This document shows positions 22,698 through 32,700 of a DNA stretch of 35,327 nucleotides, in pieces. The notes under the pieces are model-generated. The model saw only the letters and a program-made list of their open reading frames with translations. It had not been told where the DNA came from and made no database searches. The stretch comes from Craspedostauros australis (taxonomy: Eukaryota). The translations under genes were made by a program, and so were the position numbers. How positions within the stretch are numbered: position 1 is the stretch's first letter; each line of letters begins with the position of its first letter. The DNA is taken from positions 1-35,327 of the forward strand of contig JALAGF010006557.1 of the NCBI GenBank assembly GCA_030167865.1, in the 5' to 3' direction.

Positions 22698-24867
22698 TTA
22701 GGGCCACTGCATGTCACCAAAGGATACGTCCACCGCATCCTCGTTGCTGTCCTTCTTGGCAAAGTAGTTCTTGCTGCGTCGCTTCTTTCGCTGCATCGTA
22801 TCATCATCGTCGTCGTCATCATCGTCTTCCGTGTAATTCCATTCCGGAAAGACGTCACCCGGATACAGCTCTTGCATTTTGGTGCGCGGCGTCAGATCGG
22901 CGCCGTAGTCGTCGTCGGTGGAGTACTCAGAGTCGGTGAACTCCGAATCCTCGCTCTCGGAGATCGTCTCCATGACGCGGATGTTGTCCTTCGAGTTGAC
23001 GCGCTTCAGCACGACCTTCTTCTTCTTCTTCTTGCGCTTGCGACGCTTCTTCAGCTTTTGGGAGTGCCGACGGGCCATGGGAGGTCGCGGAGGCAATCCA
23101 TTCGAGTTGGGCGTGATCGAGGAGCCGGCCACCACGGCGGACGTCGGGGAGATCATCCTGGATGGCACGTCATCGCTGTCGATGCTGTTGGAAGGGTACA
23201 TGCTAGTGTCGATGGCTCCCAGCGTCCCAATGTACATGGCATTGCGGCTTGCGGACGATGCACCGTTCACGAATGCACTTCTGGTGTTGTCCTCGCCAGA
23301 GCTGGACGAGGAAAGCTCCAAGAGCGCTGGTTCCGCGCCGGTCATCGGCGTAACTGATCGTTTGTTGGCAACCACGCCACCCTCGATGTCCATCCCCGGT
23401 GCCGCTGCAGGGTCATCCTCCAGCGCCACCAGGCTGAGATCGTCCTCGTTCTCATCCTTCTCGCCTTCCTTGCGGATGCGGAACACCAGGAAGATCGTCG
23501 CTGCCAGCACCGAGATGACAGAGACGGACAGCACGGCGCTCAGAAGAGGCACGCTGGATTCCAACCCACCTCTCGACTTTGTTGTTGGCAGAAGAGGAGG
23601 ACCCGCATTGTCGGGACCGGTGCTTGGGATCTCAGGGAATGGAGGCGTACCCGTTGCTCGATCTCCCACGTACCCCACCCCGTTGATGTGCCCAACGAAG
23701 ATGGTATCCTGTTTCATCTCGAATTCGGTCGCGGCTTGGAAGAAGGTGTTCATCTCATCCGTTGAGATACCGAAGTCCGTTCTCATGCCAAGAGACATCA
23801 GGCCTTTGATAGCGTAGCATTCATTTACCTGTTCATCCACTTGGATCCATTGGCAGGTTTCTATTGGTGCGTGTGAATGTGAATGTGGATATCGATGTGC
23901 ATGTATGTGTGGATGTGCGAGTGTTGGGGTCAGCGAGAGAGAAAGGGTCAGATAACAATGATACTGAAGATGGCGGCGTTTCATCACGCGTGCAAGTGAC
24001 GCGCCACATTTCATCCACGCACACAAGCATTGGAACAAGCACAAACTTACCTGTGATGAAGATGCGATCCTTGGGAAAGCTGGAAAGTTCCATGACGGAA
24101 TTGAGAAAATTCAACCGTCTTCCATTATTCCCCGTGCCGCGATTGACGCTCGCTACATCACCGTCCGTGAAGGTCATGGAGGGATCGCAACGGTTCAGGT
24201 TCATGACGTTAACCAACCGTTCCAACAGGTTCCATTCCAACGCTTGAATGTTGTCATCCAACGACGTGCCGCGTTCCATGGATACTTCGTAATCGAACTC
24301 CAAGATCAACGATTGGGTTGGGACGTTGTCCTGCAGGGCATGTTGGCAGGAGTACGAGTCGATGTACTTGCCGTTCACCGTGCGAATGGGACGGTACTTG
24401 TTCGGTTCCTCGTTGGACGATTGGGTGTTGGTGTAGAAGACGGTCCGTCTCTGTGATTGTTGCTCTTCCGCGTCGTCCGACGAATGCTGGTGATGAACGT
24501 TGCTCCCGTCCGAACTGGAGTCATCATCCGATGCCGACGAAGACGGTTGAGATTGATGATGCCGTTGCGGCAGCACCCACTCGCCGGCCTGCTTGTGGTC
24601 GGAGTTGAAGTTGGAGTCGCTGGTCTGCTCTTCTTCTCTCGCATGCATGAATTCCATTGAAATGTGTGGAGTAGCATCGCTGTGCTCATTTGCGTGTTCT
24701 CCATCGATCAACTGCAAGCTGTTCCTGAGGCTTTTGACATCGTTGCCAAGTTTGTCCTCGTGATACTGCTCATCCCACTGGGGATGGTGCTGGACTTCTT
24801 CATCTTCAGGGTCAGCTGCATGTGAAGCAGCAGCAGCTTCTGGTACGGATGCCGCCATCGATGCCAT
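22698..24867 (-). CDS. Single-pass membrane protein; exons 24867-24051 and 23860-22698; 5' end possibly incomplete
   Basis: A GTAAGT...AATAG intron (24050-23861) joins two long ORFs in frame (..RIFIT-E-TCQW..). The product has a Cys-containing ectodomain with an RRL motif, TM helix VPLLSAVLSVSVISVLAATIFLVF, and a cytosolic tail with basic and acidic runs. Confidence 0.75.
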
Positions 24868-26145
24868 GCTCCTTCACGAGGCGCAAGCAAGTCAGAACAA
24901 GCCTGATGATTGGATGACTGTATTAGATAGATGGACCAGTTCAACAAGGGAGGTGGCTGCGGAAGCTGTTGTCAAAGTGATTCGCAGTATTCGTTGTTCG
25001 TTCTGATTGCTTCGGTTCTTGTGATGACTTCCGGTGTGCAAGAATGAATGAGGCTTGAGATCGACGACTTGAGTGTGTCACTGCTGGTAGTTGCTGTCGT
25101 TGTTGTGGTTTGCTTGCGGATGAGTGTTATGATTGGAGAGGGAGAGGCATCGAATCTTTGTGAGGAAGTCGTATGATACAATGCCGAGCTGTGCTGTGAT
25201 GGGAACCTCCGAAGTCTCCTTTGGTGGCTGCTATTTGTGAGTGCAACCCGCCGATCGTTGATGATGGGATGATGAATGAGAGATGATTGATGTTCAATGG
25301 ATGGTGAGGTTATCCAACGGCAACGGACGATGAAGCAACGTTCTGTCATTAAACCCAAGCCTCCTGAAGCATTGAGATGTTGTCGATGACAATGGTTGTT
25401 GTTGATGTGAGTGCACAGTGATGATGTCAATGAATGCAATCTTCCACGAGTGCCTCCAAAAATTCATCCTGTTTAGAGGCATCATCGCTTGTTCGCGTCA
25501 AGGAGCAAACGCGCATGCACAAGCGAGCATACCACGCAATTGCGCGCACAAAATACACTGCTGAAAACAAACGAAAAAACCGTTGTTGGGTGATGATCTT
25601 GTGGGGTGGATGTCAGCAGGCTTGGCCTTCTTGCGACACGAACGCTATCGCCGTAATCAAGACTTCGGCCGTTGCGAAATAACTGCAGTCGCAAGATTTG
25701 AATTTTGTCCTCACTCATTTTTTGAATCGCATGGCGAAGCTTCCCCTCTTTATAGCGCCAGCGAGCAGTACAGGTCCCACCGATGCCTGCGAGCTGCCAG
25801 TGCGCACCATAACTGCGAGTACGAGCTAAATGATATCGTCAATGGCGTTGCAGTTGACGTTACAAGTATAGCACCTTCGCTTGAGGAAGACAACTGCCAA
25901 ACTAATCGCAACCAACCAGAGAGTCGCTCCATTCCAGACTTGCTGTTGCCTCGTAACGGCGTGTACTTATGGTAGATACTGACGTAAGTTTAGTCATCCA
26001 CAGATATTGGTCCCAAGACGACCATCCCAAACTGCTCTCCGGAGAGGATCCGTGCATTCAGAGTGCAGTAGTTTCACCATCTCCTACGTTCTAACTCAAT
26101 GATTGGCAATGATATTCCACATTGACTATTATAGATTACAGTATT

Positions 26146-27120
26146 CTAATAGGGCAGCAAAGATTCGAATATATCCACCCATGTGGTGTTTGTTGTTGGC
26201 TGCTTCCTCAAGTACTCAATCCGCTCCAAGTACTCCATCAAGGGCGGAAATGGTCGCCCGCACCAGTCTCGGGCGGCTTGCAACGGCGTGTGGCCTTCGG
26301 CATTGATCGCGAAGACATCGGCGCCGCACACCTCGATCAGATATTGCGCGGCCTCAAGGGAACAGTACTCAACTGCCTCGTGCAGAGGTGTGCGGCCGGT
26401 CTCCTTGTCCAGCTTGAGATTGCAAAGACCACGTGCCACGAGGTACTTGAGGATATGCACATGCGCCGTCCTGCAGGCGAAACCAAACAGATTGGAATCC
26501 ACCACAGGCGTGTGGTCCATGAGATAGCGCACGATGTGGAGTTCGCCGACTTGAATCGCCATGTGCAAGGGCGTCAAGCCATCCGCGCGTGGTGCATCGA
26601 CAATGCTGTTCGCGAAGAGGTACTTGACCAGATACAGCTTGCCACAGTAGCAGGCCAGGTGGAAGGGCGTCTCACCGTCCTTGTTGACAGCCCGGACATT
26701 AGCGCCGCATGATTCGATGAGATACCGCGCCGTCGCCATGGTCCTGGATCGGCTCATCCAGGCTGGCTTCGCGCTGAACTGCCGTTGTGGATATTTGAAA
26801 TCGGGTGGACACGATTCTATGAGATGAGGGTACATGCCCAGTCCATGCACGCAGCTCACGCGATGCAACGGCGTCCATCCTCCGACGTCGGGCTGATTGA
26901 CATCGACGTGACACGTCTCTACCAGGTACTGGATGGCCTTTAGGTTTTGGGCCTCGCGGCAAGCGTAGATCAGCAATGTTTCATCATACTCATTGGTTAT
27001 GTTTGAAATAACACATCGGGGATTCTCCTGCTGCCATGCTCGGATCGTTTGGATGTTGCCATCCCATGCGGCTCGGAAGAGTTGGTCCTTTGTGAATTTG
27101 TGCGCGTGTGATGTTGAGTT
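26146..27120 (-). CDS. Ankyrin-repeat protein; start unresolved
   Basis: Repeats GGWTPLH, DGETPFHLAC, DGLTPLHMA, TGRTPLHEA and EGHTPLQAA. The frame stays open upstream of the called ORF with LFRAAWDGNIQTIR and NEYDETLLIYAC, but has no in-frame ATG there. Confidence 0.85.
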   Translation of the reverse strand, partial: NSTSHAHKFTKDQLFRAAWDGNIQTIRAWQQENPRCVISNITNEYDETLLIYACREAQNLKAIQYLVETCHVDVNQPDVGGWTPLHRVSCVHGLGMYPHLIESCPPDFKYPQRQFSAKPAWMSRSRTMATARYLIESCGANVRAVNKDGETPFHLACYCGKLYLVKYLFANSIVDAPRADGLTPLHMAIQVGELHIVRYLMDHTPVVDSNLFGFACRTAHVHILKYLVARGLCNLKLDKETGRTPLHEAVEYCSLEAAQYLIEVCGADVFAINAEGHTPLQAARDWCGRPFPPLMEYLERIEYLRKQPTTNTTWVDIFESLLPY

Positions 27121-27139
27121 GCGACATGCAGTCTCTGCT

Positions 27140-29029
27140 CTACTCTTCTGTGGGTTCGCGTTTCAGCGGCAGTCGCGGTGTTGGCGGTTGAGGATGATTG
27201 TGTTGGCATTCTTGTTGCACCAGCGCCACGACTTGTCTTGGCGTTGTGCGTTGTTTCATCATTTTGGTGATTTTCGTTTTGAGCACCTCCACGACGCCGT
27301 TCTTCCATCCGCTCACTCCCACGATGTCCTCCAAGACGAGGATGTTGGAGTCGTGGTACTTGAGGATGATGATGAGACCCGTGTTCAAGCTGCAGATGAT
27401 CTGAATCCAGTTGGCCGTGGGTGAGTCGGGATGCACGAATTTGCACAGCACGTCTTGGCGTAGCAACCCAAGCTCCTGGACACGTTCTTCGTAGGTCGTG
27501 ATTCGGTTCTGCGCCTCGACGATGAGGTAGCGAACATCAAACAGGGGCTTGCAAAACGTGGTGGCCGTTGCAACGATGTCGTCCAAGGGCGGCATGGCGA
27601 GGGAGAAGTCTGAGCCATCCGGGGTGGCATCGCTCGTCGTGCGTTCATCGCGGTAATGGATGACAGGCGACGACGTCCACTTGGCCGACACCAACTTGAC
27701 GACAGCTTCGGAAGCCTGCTTCGAGTGGATGGGATTGAGGATGACTTCAATGGTGTGCTCATCGAGCAGGATGAGATGCAGCGCAAGCTGATGATCCGGT
27801 GCCTCCGTGACCTTGTCAATCTTGATGCCGCTCAATTCCTCCATGACTTGCTTCATGCTGTCGTACCAAAGCTGCATCTCCTGTAATTGCTGGATCTTGG
27901 CAGGCAGGTCCTGCACGGCGACCGATGCTTGAAGTGCATTCGCATCATCTTCCTTCTCATCCATGTTGATGCTATTGTTGTTGTTGTTGTTGTTGCTGTC
28001 CGCGGATTCAAGGAGACCCTGCTGCTGCTCTCTGTACACGCCCACCTGATGCTGCAACTGAAGCAACTCCTGCCTGTGGTCCGCCGATCGCTGCTCGACC
28101 TTGCGCGTTTCTTGGCAGATGCTGTCGAGCTCCTTCTGCAGCTTGCGCTTCTTCTGCTGCAGCATCTCGAGACGCTGTTGCGTTCGATCGAGATCGTCGT
28201 CGTTGTCCTTGTCTTTGCATTCATCGGCGCTTGCGTCTGCTTTTGCTTCGTTGGGCGCAGACATGGCCATGCGAGACTCGGCACCTTCGTCCATGTCGTC
28301 GCTGCTGTCCATCCCGCCATCATTCGCGCCACTGAGGATGCTGTTGACGTCAACTCCGATCGTCATCATGGTGACATCCTCATCATCCTCAGTATCGTCA
28401 TTATCGTCATTATCGTCTTCACCAGCCCCTTTCTTCATCGCCGGCAGATAGTTGTGGTTGTCACGATCCTCATCCTGGTTATCGCCGGCATCCTGCTGCA
28501 CATCCTGAAACATCCACTCCAGCTCGTCGCGCCGACTCGCCACGGCCTGATACAGATCGTAGAGATCTTCGCACCGCTGCTTCACGTCCGTGGCCTTCTT
28601 CATGACCGACGTGATGAGATGCCCGTGGTTCTCCTTGTTGACCGCATCCATCGTGGGCGGTTGCACGGCGGTGCCGTCGTACGTCGTGACGACCTGCTCC
28701 ATGAAGAGCTGCTTGCGCCGGCGCTGCAGGTACATCGATCGCGCCTTCTGGTAGCGTTCCAGCAGCGTGTGCAGCTCGAGCAGACCGCGGCTGTTGCCGG
28801 ATGTCGTGCGGTTCAGCGCATCGGCGCTCGTGTTGCCGTCGTTCTGCTGACGCCAGTGGACAGACGACGCGCTGAGGTTGTCCTCCAGGTGCTCCAGCCG
28901 CTGCAAGTTGCTGCGGATCTGCTGCAGCAGCTCCGTCTTGGAGATGCGTTGTTTGTGTTGCTTCGCCGTCTTGTTGTTGCTGCTGTTGCTGTTGCCCAGC
29001 ACGCGCGGGATCTCTTCCTTGGTTGCCAT
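27140..29029 (-). CDS. Coiled-coil protein, tentatively Zwint-1/Sos7/Kre28-like kinetochore protein
   Basis: 629-aa ORF. ARSMYLQRRRKQLFM resembles the Sos7 motif as I recall it (LRFSYLEQVTKEKFL). Long coiled coils end in EELSGIKI, followed by an RWD-like alpha/beta C-terminus. The CDS is secure; the family call is tentative. Confidence 0.55.
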   Translation of the reverse strand: MATKEEIPRVLGNSNSSNNKTAKQHKQRISKTELLQQIRSNLQRLEHLEDNLSASSVHWRQQNDGNTSADALNRTTSGNSRGLLELHTLLERYQKARSMYLQRRRKQLFMEQVVTTYDGTAVQPPTMDAVNKENHGHLITSVMKKATDVKQRCEDLYDLYQAVASRRDELEWMFQDVQQDAGDNQDEDRDNHNYLPAMKKGAGEDDNDDNDDTEDDEDVTMMTIGVDVNSILSGANDGGMDSSDDMDEGAESRMAMSAPNEAKADASADECKDKDNDDDLDRTQQRLEMLQQKKRKLQKELDSICQETRKVEQRSADHRQELLQLQHQVGVYREQQQGLLESADSNNNNNNNSINMDEKEDDANALQASVAVQDLPAKIQQLQEMQLWYDSMKQVMEELSGIKIDKVTEAPDHQLALHLILLDEHTIEVILNPIHSKQASEAVVKLVSAKWTSSPVIHYRDERTTSDATPDGSDFSLAMPPLDDIVATATTFCKPLFDVRYLIVEAQNRITTYEERVQELGLLRQDVLCKFVHPDSPTANWIQIICSLNTGLIIILKYHDSNILVLEDIVGVSGWKNGVVEVLKTKITKMMKQRTTPRQVVALVQQECQHNHPQPPTPRLPLKREPTEE

Positions 29030-29565
29030 GTTGCTATCGAGAGCAATCGCGTTGAGTTATGAGCTGCACTGTCTTCTTGCTCTTGGTCGTCTTTTGGTCA
29101 GAGTATGATCAACAGGTATGATCAGTTGGTGTGAGCAAGAAATATGAGCAAATGCCGTTGTGGTGGTGGCCGTGATGAACATCCAACCAACACGCAAAAC
29201 AAGACGGTGGGACACGAACCAAGAAAACACCAAGAAACACAAAGCAAATGTGCGACACTTGGATGGAGTCAGCTAAGAAATTCAAATCGAATCGGGGACA
29301 TCAGAAAACAACAACACCCACAGAAACAGACACAGAAGACTCAACGCAAAGAAAGAGAAACCAAAACACAGAAGACACAATCCATCAAACAACACAATAA
29401 TAACAATAACAATAACTCACAATGACTAAACCCATAGAAGGGAATGCCCCGAGGGCTTTAGACTCGCCCGCACACGCCACACGGCTCCGGCTAGGTCGAG
29501 TATACCACAGATAATCGCGCCCACCACGCTTCCTTCCAGATCGCCAACCCGTCGGCGCCCACCAG

Positions 29566-29776
29566 CCCCATCCGAAGGCTCTCAAGCCCATACACAGGCC
29601 GCCAAAGGCGGCCTGTGTATGGGCAGAGAGCCTTCGGATGGGGCGTTGGCTCGCGAAACCGGCCAGCAACGACCGCATTCCTTGCTAATCACCTATCGTA
29701 CCCAGCCGAAGGCGCTCTGCCCTACACAGGCCGCCGCAGGCGGCCTGTGTTTGGGCTTGGGTGCCTTCGGCTGGGT
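29566..29776. repeat. Two ~77-nt long hairpins that are inverted copies of each other
   Basis: 29566-29643 and 29701-29776 each fold as CCGAAGGC...ACACAGGCCGCC-NNN-GGCGGCCTGTGT...GCCTTCGG. Confidence 0.9.
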
Positions 29777-32700
29777 TACTGGCCACCACCGCAGAACACT
29801 GACCCTGTGCACTCGCGTCTGTAGGTGCCGCTCCTTGATTTCCTGTCGCTGGTACCGGATGGCCGGCAGTCGGACCCAGGTCGTCGATGCCGTCGCCAAC
29901 CCACGCTTCGGGTCCACCTGTTCGAACCGCTCGTACGAACTGCAGCCACGCCGACCTTGTATGTTCGCCGGCCATCGAGACTGCGTCAGACCCCTGCGCT
30001 GCCACCGCCCTGTCGAGACGGTTCCAGCCCACGAACCCACGGGAACGCTCAGCCTCCTCTGTCACCGCGTCCATCGACGCCTGCGCCACAGCAAGAGCCT
30101 TGACTGCCGCACTTTTGACCCTGTTACGGCACCTCCACACGCCGTGCACGAACCGCCAGCCCGCTAGCACCGCGTCGCGGGCCCAAGACTCAATCGTGTA
30201 GAACCGCCGCCCTGTGCCGTACTGCTCAAACCACTCCGCTTGCTGGTCGCACCACTCCTGCGGAATCCAGCCCAACAGTATGGGCCACCACTGTACGGGC
30301 GCCTCCTCGCTGAAACCATCGCGCACCGATCGCCCACAGTATGACCTCAGGCTCGCAAATATGTAGCTCACCATAGGCCCGCTCGTTCCGATGAGCTCCA
30401 ACTCCTCCACGTACTGCTGGAAGCAGGCCTCCCACGCCTGTCCTGACTCCGCACACTGAACCACGTGCACCGCCGTCTCGGATTGCCCACACCATGGACA
30501 TTGCTCCTCGACCCCGTACTGTTTGAGTTTTGCTCCCACCCCGATGAACCCGGTGGCCATCTTGGACACAAAGACGCGTTGTCGCCAAGACGCCTTGCCT
30601 TGCGCCTTGCGGCGCCCTAGACAGGCCGTGGACCCGCGGGCTTGCCTGACCACTCCTAGCTTCCTGCCCCAATAACCTTCTACCGTAGCACCCACGATGT
30701 CGTCATGGATGCCCGACGCTGCCCACGAAGACTTGGTGTCCTGTATCCTCAGACTCCATTGAAAGGACCCTTCACCACGCCACACAGGCTTCGGCTTGCC
30801 CACCGAAGCCTCCCAGTATCTCTTGGCCTCTCCGTCGCAGTAGACGTTGAGGAGCGCCCACCGGTCCAACCGCCCTGGTCCATCATCTTGGTGCCCCCGG
30901 ACCCAGCGGAACCTTACCTCCACTGACAACCGCTCACGCATAGCCTTGATGTGACCGAGCATGTCATAGGACGGCTGGTTTACCTGCGCCACCCCGTCAC
31001 GACAGTTCTCCATGGCCTTCATCCCGTCGAGACCAACGACCACCGGGCCCTGCCCCAGACTCCCGCCCTTCTCTAGTTCCAGCAGTTCTCGTAGTATCCC
31101 AGCCACACCGGCCAACTCACTGCGGTATGCCGACTGCACTGCTGACCCCCCTGGAACCACGTTGCACCCTGTGCTCTGCACGCCGGAGTCCAACACGCTC
31201 AGGACGTACGCTGACGTACCAAAGCCCATTTTGAACGACCCATCACTGACGGCCAACACATCGCCTCTTCGCACCGCTGCGCGCAATTCCGAGTCCGTTG
31301 CGTCGCCTGATATATGGCCACGCTCCCAACACCGCCCTGAATCGAACGCTACCCTCCTGGGCGTTGAGGGCAACGTTTCACCCACACGTGGCCGCTCCAA
31401 TGCCTCGAGCCACACCGCACGATGACCCTCGTTCAGTGGAGAGGTGCGCCGAGCCCTTGCCGGAAGATTCCGTATCGCCGTGGCCGTAGCCTCAAACTCC
31501 GATCGTCGCCCCCGCCTGCCCGGGGGACTTCGCCATACTTGGAAACTCTGACCCACCCGTCGCCATGCCGTGTACTCGTCGTCAGGATCCCGCCACCACA
31601 CCCAGCCGTGGTCATCGTGGATCCAAGCTTGCATACGCCGCCGGAGCCTCAGGTGGCGGTCCTCCGTGAAGCCTTCTATCCACTCTTGCCACAATAGCCA
31701 GTGTCGCCGCGTTAGCCTCCCTGGCATGCGTGGGTGTCCTGCTGACGCTGTGACTCCTCCGTTCTTACCCAGGAACGCGATCCTCATGACTCTGGTGCCA
31801 TCCGCCGTCACCATATCCGAAAGTGTCCTGACTTTTAGTAACAAACGACACTCGTTCAGCATCCCTTTTTGCTTGTTGTTGTACCCCTGGCAGCGCCAAC
31901 TGTCCAAGAGAAATACGTCTCCCACTCGCTGCTTCCGGACAGATGGCCCCGTCTCTTCAATCGACACGCCAAACTTCTGTGCGTTCGCCCACACTTGCGT
32001 CACCCACGACGCTGTGACGTAGTGACCGCAGGCGGCAAAACTTTGCTTGAACAGAGATCCCCCGCCTGCGGTTTCCATCTTTGCTTGCTCTATCGATAGC
32101 TCAATCATTCTTCCCGTTATCGACCTTGTGCTGACCTCATGTGCCATGGCTTGGATCTGAGTAGCCAGCTGCCACACCATGGGATTTCGCATGCCAATAC
32201 CCCCATTCGCCCTGGGCCCAAACAGTACCGCACGCGGAAATGTTCGGGCCACACCACCGCGCGGCAGGGCTTTGGACCATATTGGTGCGTACACGAAGTC
32301 CCACTGACGTTGATTGAGCGTCACAGCCTCCATAGGGTATTCCAGTGTCTTGGTTATCCGCGTGGTGATCGCCATCCATACGAGGTCATGCTGCAGCCCA
32401 CCCGAGACCACCCTGTCTGCGAATTCCTCGGACTTCCGCCGTAGGTAACGGACTTGGGCCTCCGACGTGCCTGTCATGTTCATAAACACTCCCAAGGTTT
32501 GTTCAGACTCGCCGGGATCGAGTCGCCTCAGCTCCCTGCTGACACCGTGTGCGTCGCGTACCTGCACTTGTGCCGGCGCTGCCCTTGCTGTCTTCATCCT
32601 CCATTGCCCGGCTACGTAGTCAAATGACAAGCCCCACCAGAAGCTTTTGGCCGGAACTAAGGCCCCTCCCGTAGACCGTAGTACCCCTTCCCAATCCTCC

